From the NCBI GenBank assembly GCA_902528485.1, contig CABZTA010000001.1, forward strand, positions 22,955-86,954: a stretch of 64,000 nt of DNA, written 5' to 3'. Under the pieces are notes generated by a model that was given only the letters and a program-made list of their open reading frames with translations, did no database searches and was not told the DNA's origin. Of the stretch, positions 57,000-64,000 are shown in pieces. Position 1 is the first letter of the stretch, and each line of letters starts with the position of its first letter. The position numbers were made by a program, and so were the translations under genes. The DNA is from an uncultured SAR86 cluster bacterium. GTDB taxonomy: Bacteria > Pseudomonadota > Gammaproteobacteria > Magnimaribacterales > AG-339-G14.

Positions 57000-58179
57000 T
57001 AATTTGCCTCACAATTATTATATTTTCTTCGCCTTTTATGGCATCTATTGATTTAGTTGATGGCTCCGAGTCCAGATCAATTACATTGTAAGCAATATCA
57101 TCTCTACTTCTATTTTTCATATCAATGATATTTAAGCCTTCTTCAGCAATAATTGCCGTAATTTTTCCTATCATTCCAGAAACGTTCTTATTGGCAATGG
57201 TTAGCCTATAACTTGTTTCCATAGGCTCAATGATTTGCGGATAATTTACTGAATTTTTAATATTTCCATGCTCTAGAAAATTAATTATTTGATTTGCTGC
57301 CATAACTGAGCAATTTTCTTCCGCTTGCATTGTGCTGGCCCCTATATGAGGCAATAAAACGACATCCTCGTTTGACTTAGATCGCTCTATTAAAAATAAA
57401 TCAGCAAAATCTGTAACATATTTATTGAGTTTATCGTCTTCTAGTGCATCTATTATGGCTTCACTGTTAACAATCTCGTCTCTTGCAAAATTAATTAACC
57501 TTAATCCTTTATTGCTATGTGAGAGAAGATCCTTATTTATCATTCCTGTTGTATATTCATTTGCTGGAACATGGAGAGTCACATAATCAGACTCTTTAAA
57601 GATTTCTTCTATTGTCTCTTTACGTTCTACCTCATTTGGAAGCGCCCATGCTGCCTCAACTGTGATTTGAGGATCAAAGCCAATCACTCTCATGCCTAAC
57701 ATTACCCCCATTTCTGCTACCTTGGCTCCAATTGCACCCATGCCTACTACTCCTAAACAACCATCTTTGAGTTCTCTGCCCTTAAATGATTTTTTTCCAC
57801 TTTCAATATGAGCTTTCAAGTTTTCATTTGAAACATCTTCAATTCCATGAACAAACTTCACTCCATCAAAAATTCCTCTAGATGACATCAATAAAGCCGC
57901 TAAAACCATTTCCTTTACCGCGTTTGCATTCGCTCCTGGTGTATTAAAGACAGGAATGCCGATTTTTGAACACTCTTCAACAGGTATGTTGTTTACTCCT
58001 GCCCCTGCTCTGACTATTGCTTTAACCGATGAAGGAACTTCGCTCATTTGTAATTTATGGCTTCTTAAAATAATGGCGTCGGGTTCAGATTCTTCTTCAC
58101 CTACTGCATATCCTTGATTTTTAAGAATATCCAAACCCTTATCGGAAATATTATTAATAGTTTTAACTTTGTAATTCAT
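56992..58179 (-). CDS. serA: D-3-phosphoglycerate dehydrogenase (2-hydroxyacid dehydrogenase with C-terminal ACT domain)
   Basis: 395 aa with the GVVGMGAIGAKVA NAD site, PHIGAST, and an ACT-like C-terminus. Confidence 0.78.
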   Translation of the reverse strand: MNYKVKTINNISDKGLDILKNQGYAVGEEESEPDAIILRSHKLQMSEVPSSVKAIVRAGAGVNNIPVEECSKIGIPVFNTPGANANAVKEMVLAALLMSSRGIFDGVKFVHGIEDVSNENLKAHIESGKKSFKGRELKDGCLGVVGMGAIGAKVAEMGVMLGMRVIGFDPQITVEAAWALPNEVERKETIEEIFKESDYVTLHVPANEYTTGMINKDLLSHSNKGLRLINFARDEIVNSEAIIDALEDDKLNKYVTDFADLFLIERSKSNEDVVLLPHIGASTMQAEENCSVMAANQIINFLEHGNIKNSVNYPQIIEPMETSYRLTIANKNVSGMIGKITAIIAEEGLNIIDMKNRSRDDIAYNVIDLDSEPSTKSIDAIKGEENIIIVRQING

Positions 58180-58242
58180 AAGGTTTTTTGTTTTTATCTA
58201 TAGTATTATTTTTGAAAGCTAAGATTCTATCCCGCATTATCT

Positions 58243-59124
58243 ATGACGACAAAACATTTCTTAAATCTTAGAGATTTATCTAATCAAGATATTTTGAATA
58301 TCTTAGATAGAGCTATTGAAAGGAAAAGTCAGAAACAAAAAGAAAAAACTTTTGTTGGCTCAAAGCTAGGTCTAATTTTTGAAAAGCCGTCAACGAGAAC
58401 AAGAATTTCTTTCGAATCTGGAATTTTAAACTTAGGTGGAAATGCGATATTCATGTCCTCATCTGATTTACAGTTATCTAGAGGAGAACCGGTGTCTGAT
58501 ACTGCAAAAGTAGCATCTTCTATGTTAGATGTTATTGCCTTAAGAGTTGATAAGCATGAGACATTGGACATGTTTGCAGCTAATTCTTCCGTTCCTGTAA
58601 TTAATGCTCTTTCAGATTTATCTCATCCTTGCCAAATATTGGCCGACTTGATGACTTTCAAGGAAAATTCAGTAAATGAACTTGAAAAAGTTTGCTGGAT
58701 TGGAGATGGAAATAACGTGTGTAACTCATACATTGAAGCATCGAAGATGTTAGATTTTGAGCTCTCTATTTATTGTCCTAAGGAATATTCACCTAATCAT
58801 TCATTTCTTGATTATGCAAAAGAAAACTCTAGTTTTGCTAATTCTAGAGAAGAAGCAGCAAAGGGCGCTGACATAATTACTACTGATGTTTGGGTCTCTA
58901 TGGGAGATGAAAAAACAAAAGAAAGGGCTTTTGAAGGATATTTTGTTGACACTGAGCTAATCGAAAATACTGGCAAGAAAAGCATCTTCCTTCACTGTCT
59001 TCCTGCTCATCGAGGTCAAGAAATTACCTTTGAATTAATGGAACATCCTTCAAGTAAAGTTTTACAACAGGCAGAAAATAGAATGCATGTCCAAGAAGCA
59101 TTGATTGAAAATTTGCTAAGTTAA
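58243..59124 (+). CDS. argF: ornithine carbamoyltransferase
   Basis: 293 aa with STRTR, HPCQILAD, DVWVSMG, and HCLPAHRG. Confidence 0.85.
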   Translation: MTTKHFLNLRDLSNQDILNILDRAIERKSQKQKEKTFVGSKLGLIFEKPSTRTRISFESGILNLGGNAIFMSSSDLQLSRGEPVSDTAKVASSMLDVIALRVDKHETLDMFAANSSVPVINALSDLSHPCQILADLMTFKENSVNELEKVCWIGDGNNVCNSYIEASKMLDFELSIYCPKEYSPNHSFLDYAKENSSFANSREEAAKGADIITTDVWVSMGDEKTKERAFEGYFVDTELIENTGKKSIFLHCLPAHRGQEITFELMEHPSSKVLQQAENRMHVQEALIENLLS

Positions 59125-60588
59125 AATTTTACTGACTAAACTCTTCCAACTCTGATATTTGCTGTCTCTAGATTCCAAAGGAGTAACCAGATCGTACGAT
59201 CCAACGAATTCATTTAGATCGGACAGAGAGTTCGTATGTTTGGAACCTAGGGAAGCTAGAAAAGCAGCTCCTTTTGCAGTTGCCTCTTTGTTATCTGGCA
59301 AAAGAATTTTTAAATTTAGTACATCCGCTAAAATTTGATTGAAATATTTATTTTCTACCATTCCGCCATCAATTTTGAGGGACTTTAGGTCAACGCCATC
59401 AGAAGACATACATTCAAAAACATCTTTTGTTTGGAAAGCAATTGCTTCAAGGAGTGCTTGAGATATATCATTTTTTGTTGTCTCTCTGGATAATCCAAAA
59501 ATTGCCCCCCTGGCTTCTGGATCCCAATAAGGTGCTCCCAGACCTGTAAATGCTGGGATAAAGGAAACATTTGAATTCTTATTTGAATTTTTTGCTAAAT
59601 TTTCTATTTCTTGGGCAAAGGAAAAAAACTCTAGATTATCTCTTAACCATTGAACCGAAGCGCCAGCCATAAATATACTGCCCTCTAGTGCATAATTTAC
59701 TTTCCCATCAATTTGATATCCTATCGTGGAAAGCAGTTTAGATTTAGAAAGTTTTATCTCTGATCCGGTATTCAGCATCATAAAACAACCCGTTCCATAG
59801 GTGCTTTTGGCTTCTCCTTCCTTAAAGCAACCTTGTCCGAATAAAGCCGCTTGTTGATCTCCAGCAATACCAGAAATTTTGATTTCCCCGCCAAACAGTG
59901 AGGTTTCTCCAAATTCATCGGCAGAGTTTTTAATCTCTGGCAGTTTATCAATAGGGATATTTAGTAAGTTACACATTTCTTCTGACCACGAAACATTATT
60001 TATATCCATCAATAGAGTTCTGGAGGCATTTGTTGCATCAATGAAATAAGACCTGCCATCTGTTAGCTTCCAAACCAGGAAAGTATCAATCGTCCCCATG
60101 TAAAAGTCCTTTGGAGTTCCAGTATTGTCTAATAGCCAACTTAACTTTGTACCTGAGAAATAAGGATCGGCCAGTAAGCCTGTTATTTGGTTAATTGTTT
60201 TGTCTAGCCCTTCTTTTTTAAAATTATTACAAAGTTCTGCAGTTCTTCTGTCTTGCCAGACAATTGCTTTGCCTAAGGGATTGCCTTCTTTATCCCATAA
60301 AAGACATGTTTCTCTTTGATTCGTAATTCCAATTGCTATGATTTCTTTATAGGTTGTTTTGGACTTAGTCATTACATCTTTGATACAGCCTATAACCGTG
60401 TCAAAAATTTCATTAGCATCATGCTCAACCCATCCGTCCTTTGAAAAAAATTGTTTGAATTCTGTTTGTGAAACATTAACCACGGCAAATTTCTCATCAA
60501 ATAGAATTGCCCTTGTGCTGGATGTCCCCTGATCTATTACTAAAAAATATTTCATCTTTTGAGGTTTGTACAATTTAGCATTATCCAC
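59116..60588 (-). CDS. glpK: glycerol kinase
   Basis: 490 aa with IDQGTSSTRA, GITNQRET, and GDQQAALFGQ. Confidence 0.93.
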   Translation of the reverse strand: MDNAKLYKPQKMKYFLVIDQGTSSTRAILFDEKFAVVNVSQTEFKQFFSKDGWVEHDANEIFDTVIGCIKDVMTKSKTTYKEIIAIGITNQRETCLLWDKEGNPLGKAIVWQDRRTAELCNNFKKEGLDKTINQITGLLADPYFSGTKLSWLLDNTGTPKDFYMGTIDTFLVWKLTDGRSYFIDATNASRTLLMDINNVSWSEEMCNLLNIPIDKLPEIKNSADEFGETSLFGGEIKISGIAGDQQAALFGQGCFKEGEAKSTYGTGCFMMLNTGSEIKLSKSKLLSTIGYQIDGKVNYALEGSIFMAGASVQWLRDNLEFFSFAQEIENLAKNSNKNSNVSFIPAFTGLGAPYWDPEARGAIFGLSRETTKNDISQALLEAIAFQTKDVFECMSSDGVDLKSLKIDGGMVENKYFNQILADVLNLKILLPDNKEATAKGAAFLASLGSKHTNSLSDLNEFVGSYDLVTPLESRDSKYQSWKSLVSKILT

Positions 60589-60637
60589 AAGAAATTAAGT
60601 GCTTTTTAAAGGTTTTTCTATTGATTTTTTGAGAAAA

Positions 60638-60685
60638 ACACTTTATCTTGTGTTAATAGGATCTTATAACCACAACATCTTGTGT
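60638..60685 (+). promoter_or_regulatory. two NrdR boxes upstream of nrdA
   Basis: ACACTTTATCTTGTGT (60638-60653) and CCACAACATCTTGTGT (60670-60685). Both are ACAC...GTGT palindrome-type sites with centres 32 bp apart. Confidence 0.6.
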
Positions 60686-60743
60686 TTCATAGAGGATTAT
60701 AAGCAACCAAAAGGACAAGAAAACCAATAATTGGGGTGTTTCA

Positions 60744-63563
60744 GTGGAAGAAACAAAAGCAACAAAGCAGACAGAAATTATAAAAGAAGCAAAGATCACA
60801 GAGAGCATTCCTCTTGATGATCTTAAACCAGGACAACTTAGAATCATCAAAAGAAATGGAAAAGTAGTGCTTTTTGATGTTTCTAAAATAGAAGTAGCTA
60901 TTACGAAAGCTTTTTTAGCTGTCTACAGCAGCACTGCTGCTGCCTCTTCAAGTGTGCATCAAATAGTTGACGAATTATCCAAAAAAGTTGAAACAACTTT
61001 TAGGAATAGAATGCCGTCGGGTGGAACCATTCATATAGAAGAAGTGCAAGATCAAGTTGAGCTCGAGTTGATGAGATCTGACGAAAGAAAAGTTGCTAGA
61101 GAATATATTTTATATAGAGAAGCAAGAGCTCAAGTAAGAAAAGAAGAACTCTTAGATTCTCAAGAAGAGGTTAAAGAGGAACCTCTGAAAGGAGTTGCAA
61201 GAATTAATAAAGTAGCAACTGAAGCTTGTGATGGCCTAGAAGGAACAAATCCAGGTCAGATAGTTACCGAAGCTCAAAAAAACTTATACGAAGGTGCTCC
61301 AGAAGAGGAAATCAAACAAGCACTGATACTTGCTTCTCGAGCCTTAGTTGAAAAGGAACCTAATTATACTTTTGCAACTGCAAGAATTTTACTAGATTCA
61401 TTAAGGTATGAGGCTCTCAATTTCCTAGACTTAGATAAAGATGCTCTTCAAGAAGATATGAAAGATTTATATCCAAAAGCCTTATCTTCATTTATAACAA
61501 AAGGCATAGAATTGAAGTTGTTAAATCCAAAGCTTGAAGAGATGGATTTAGAAAAACTAGGCAAAGAAATAATGCCAGAGAGGGATAACTTATTTACTTA
61601 TCTCGGACTTCAAACACTCTACGACAGATATTTCATCCATAGCGATGAAGTTAGATTTGAATTACCTCAAGTTTTCTTCATGCGAGTATCCATGGGCTTA
61701 GCTCTTAACGAAGAAAACAAAGAAGAGAAAGCTATAGAATTTTATAAGCTTTTATCAAGTTTCGACTATATGAGTTCTACGCCAACTTTGTTCAACTCAG
61801 GAACTCTTCATTCTCAATTATCATCATGCTATCTAACAACTGTGCCTGATGATCTTTATGGCATTTACGGAGCAATGAGAGACAACGCAATGCTGTCCAA
61901 GTGGGCAGGAGGCCTTGGAAATGATTGGACTCCAGTTAGAGGAATGGGAGCGCACATAAAAGGAACGAATGGTAGGTCGCAAGGTGTTGTTCCTTTCTTA
62001 AAAGTTGTAAACGATACTGCTGTGGCAGTTAATCAAGGCGGGAAGAGAAAAGGTGCTGTATGCGCTTATTTAGAAACATGGCACATTGATATAGAGGAAT
62101 TTTTGGAACTAAGAAAAAACACTGGAGACGATAGAAGAAGAACTCATGATATGAATACTGCTAACTGGATACCAGACCTATTCATGGAGCGGGTTATGAA
62201 TAAAGAAACCTGGACTCTTTTTTCTCCAAATGAAGCGAAAGATTTGCACGACTTAACGGGTAATGAGTTTAAGAAACAGTATGAAAAATTTGAGGAAGAG
62301 GCAAGGAAAGGAAATATAAAAGCTTACAAAGAAGTTGATGCAGACGAGCTCTGGAGAAAAATAATTTCAATGCTTTTTGAGACAGGCCATCCTTGGCTAA
62401 CCTTCAAAGATGCCTGTAATTTAAGATCGCCACAACAGCACACAGGCGTGATCCATTCATCTAACCTCTGTACAGAAATAACACTTAATACATCTCAAGA
62501 TGAAATTGCGGTATGTAACTTAGGTTCAGTAAATTTAAAAAATCATTTGGATAAAGATAACAACCTCGATAAAGAAAAACTTCAGAAAACAATATCAACT
62601 GCTATAAGAATGTTAGATAACGTCATAGACATAAATTATTATGCGGTTCCGCAAGCTGAAAACTCAAACTTTAAACATAGACCAATAGGGCTTGGGATAA
62701 TGGGCTTTCAAGATATCTTACAAATAAAAAAAATACCCTACTCTTCTGACGATGCAGTTGAGTTAGCAGATGACTCAATGGAAACAGTTAGCTATTTTGC
62801 TATTGAGGCATCTTCTGATCTCGCAAAAGAGAGAGGCTCTTACAGTTCTTATGAAGGATCTTTATGGAGCCAAGGTATATTTCCTATCGATTCAATATCC
62901 ATCTTAAAAGAACATAGAACAGAAGGATTTCTCGATCAAAATGAAGAGAAAAAAATGGACTGGGATACACTGAAAGAAAAGGTCAAAAAACAAGGTATTA
63001 GAAATTCAAATGTGATGGCAATTGCTCCAACTGCAACAATTGCAAACATTACTGGGGTCACTCAATCAATAGAGCCAACCTACTCGAATCTTTTTGTTAA
63101 ATCAAACCTGTCAGGGGAATTTACTGTGATTAATGAAAACTTAGTCAAAGCATTGAAAGAAATAGATATGTGGGATGAGGTTATGGTTTATGACCTTAAA
63201 AACTTAAATGGCAGCCTCGAAACAATTAGCAGGGTTCCAGATGAAATTAAGAGAATCTTTGCAACATCTTTTGAAATTGAACCTAAATGGCTTATTGAGT
63301 CTGCGAGTAGAAGACAAAAATGGATAGACCAAAGTCAATCTCTAAACCTTTATGTTGCGGAACCGAACGGAAAGAAACTAGATGTTATGTATAAAATGGC
63401 TTGGTTGAGAGGTCTAAAAACAACCTACTATTTAAGATCTAAGGGAGCAACAACATCGGAGAAATCAACTATATCGAATTCAGAATTGAACAAAGTTCAA
63501 GCTGCAGTTGCAGTAAACAATCCAAGCACTATTGACGACGAAGAGTGCGAAGCTTGCCAATAA
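60744..63563 (+). CDS. nrdA: class Ia ribonucleoside-diphosphate reductase alpha subunit
   Basis: 939 aa, GTG start, with an ATP-cone (IIKRNGKVVLFDVSKI), SNLCTEI, and the C-terminal CEACQ redox pair. Confidence 0.93.
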   Translation: MEETKATKQTEIIKEAKITESIPLDDLKPGQLRIIKRNGKVVLFDVSKIEVAITKAFLAVYSSTAAASSSVHQIVDELSKKVETTFRNRMPSGGTIHIEEVQDQVELELMRSDERKVAREYILYREARAQVRKEELLDSQEEVKEEPLKGVARINKVATEACDGLEGTNPGQIVTEAQKNLYEGAPEEEIKQALILASRALVEKEPNYTFATARILLDSLRYEALNFLDLDKDALQEDMKDLYPKALSSFITKGIELKLLNPKLEEMDLEKLGKEIMPERDNLFTYLGLQTLYDRYFIHSDEVRFELPQVFFMRVSMGLALNEENKEEKAIEFYKLLSSFDYMSSTPTLFNSGTLHSQLSSCYLTTVPDDLYGIYGAMRDNAMLSKWAGGLGNDWTPVRGMGAHIKGTNGRSQGVVPFLKVVNDTAVAVNQGGKRKGAVCAYLETWHIDIEEFLELRKNTGDDRRRTHDMNTANWIPDLFMERVMNKETWTLFSPNEAKDLHDLTGNEFKKQYEKFEEEARKGNIKAYKEVDADELWRKIISMLFETGHPWLTFKDACNLRSPQQHTGVIHSSNLCTEITLNTSQDEIAVCNLGSVNLKNHLDKDNNLDKEKLQKTISTAIRMLDNVIDINYYAVPQAENSNFKHRPIGLGIMGFQDILQIKKIPYSSDDAVELADDSMETVSYFAIEASSDLAKERGSYSSYEGSLWSQGIFPIDSISILKEHRTEGFLDQNEEKKMDWDTLKEKVKKQGIRNSNVMAIAPTATIANITGVTQSIEPTYSNLFVKSNLSGEFTVINENLVKALKEIDMWDEVMVYDLKNLNGSLETISRVPDEIKRIFATSFEIEPKWLIESASRRQKWIDQSQSLNLYVAEPNGKKLDVMYKMAWLRGLKTTYYLRSKGATTSEKSTISNSELNKVQAAVAVNNPSTIDDEECEACQ

Positions 63564-63575
63564 AAGGAGGTATGT

Positions 63576-64000
63576 ATGCTTAGTTGGGATGATTTTGAAG
63601 AAAAGGAAGTTAAACCACTTCCACAAACGGAAATTAAGAGTCCTTTGAAAGAGGAGTCAGAAAAGTCTATTTCTAATGAAGAAACACTTGGAGTTGCTTC
63701 ACTCGATGATCTTGATATTGAAGCAGGATTAGAGGACCTAGAAGGAGCATCATCACGTGTGGATGTTGATCAAAAACAAATGATTAACTGTAGAGCAGAT
63801 GTAAATCAGCTTGTACCATTCAAATATGATTGGGCTTGGCAAAAATATCTTGATGGTAGTGCGAATCACTGGATGCCACAGGAAATTAATATGACTACTG
63901 ATGTAGCTCTATGGAAAAGTAAGGATGGCCTTTCAGAGCAGGAAAGAATGATCGTGATGAGAAATCTAGGTTTTTTCTCAACTGCAGATTCTCTTGTCGC
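63576..64000 (+). CDS. nrdB: ribonucleoside-diphosphate reductase beta subunit, 3' end cut by window edge
   Basis: AAGGAGG Shine-Dalgarno, then ATG at 63576. The frame is open to the window end (MLSWDDFEE...[28 protein letters not shown]...[12 protein letters not shown]). It is absent from the ORF track because no stop lies in the window. Confidence 0.85.
   Translation, partial: MLSWDDFEEKEVKPLPQTEIKSPLKEESEKSISNEETLGVASLDDLDIEAGLEDLEGASSRVDVDQKQMINCRADVNQLVPFKYDWAWQKYLDGSANHWMPQEINMTTDVALWKSKDGLSEQERMIVMRNLGFFSTADSLV

Noticed and set aside
58212-58228. Possible ARG box (TTGAAAGCTAAGATTCT) upstream of argF
   Set aside because: The half-sites TGAA/ATTC are present, but the spacing is about 2 nt too long for the TGAAT-N4-ATTCA core. 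No second tandem box is visible.
60653-60850. 65-aa minus-strand ORF over the nrdA promoter and 5' end
   Set aside because: It covers the NrdR boxes and the nrdA start. The hydrophobic translation is typical of the antisense of an AT-rich leader.
1-64000. Search for CRISPR arrays, IS elements or transposases, prophage genes, toxin-antitoxin or other defence systems, and long direct repeats
   Set aside because: None was recognised by reading both strands. Intergenic regions are short and are accounted for by promoters, terminators, tRNAs and the elements listed. A computational repeat search would be needed to exclude dispersed short repeats.

Overview
This is a visibly AT-rich, tightly packed chromosomal segment with many 1-20 nt gene overlaps. 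I call about 65 CDS and 3 tRNAs (Gly-GCC, Glu-UUC, Leu-CAA). I saw no rRNA, CRISPR array, transposase, integrase or recognisable defence genes. The housekeeping synteny is gammaproteobacterial: rpoE-rseA-degP-lepA-lepB-rnc-era-recO-acpS-adk-tsaB-uppP-rsmJ, yajC-secD-secF, trmJ/suhB, sdhE/ygfZ, plsB and nrdAB. Three further traits fit a streamlined marine photoheterotroph of the SAR86 type: a blue-tuned proteorhodopsin, a TonB-dependent receptor, and a heavy load of fatty-acid/lipid catabolic genes (crotonases, SDRs, acyl-CoA synthetases, acyl-CoA dehydrogenases, malate synthase G). That taxonomic call is inference only, since no search was possible.

The most interesting signal is not in the ORF track and sits in the 500-bp 'empty' gap downstream of glnK-amtB (32100-32600, minus strand). 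It is a self-contained transcription unit between two terminators. It has an extended -10 promoter, then a leader whose conserved blocks and order match the glutamine riboswitch (glnA RNA motif), then a strong Shine-Dalgarno and an unannotated 53-aa ORF with three YRG repeats (DUF4278 / 'downstream-peptide'-like). This RNA class is known from cyanobacteria and marine metagenomes, so a copy linked to glnK-amtB in a heterotroph would be a new nitrogen-sensing module.

Other points worth a look:
- a DARS/oriC-like cluster of DnaA boxes at 54.84 kb
- a bacterial alternative oxidase abutting tRNA-Gly about 2 kb from proteorhodopsin
- a PQQ-dehydrogenase::thioredoxin fusion
- a possible ArfA-like mini-ORF
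- a sigma32 promoter plus ROSE-like thermometer on ibpA
- NrdR boxes on nrdA
- a sigmaE-type promoter abutting rpoE
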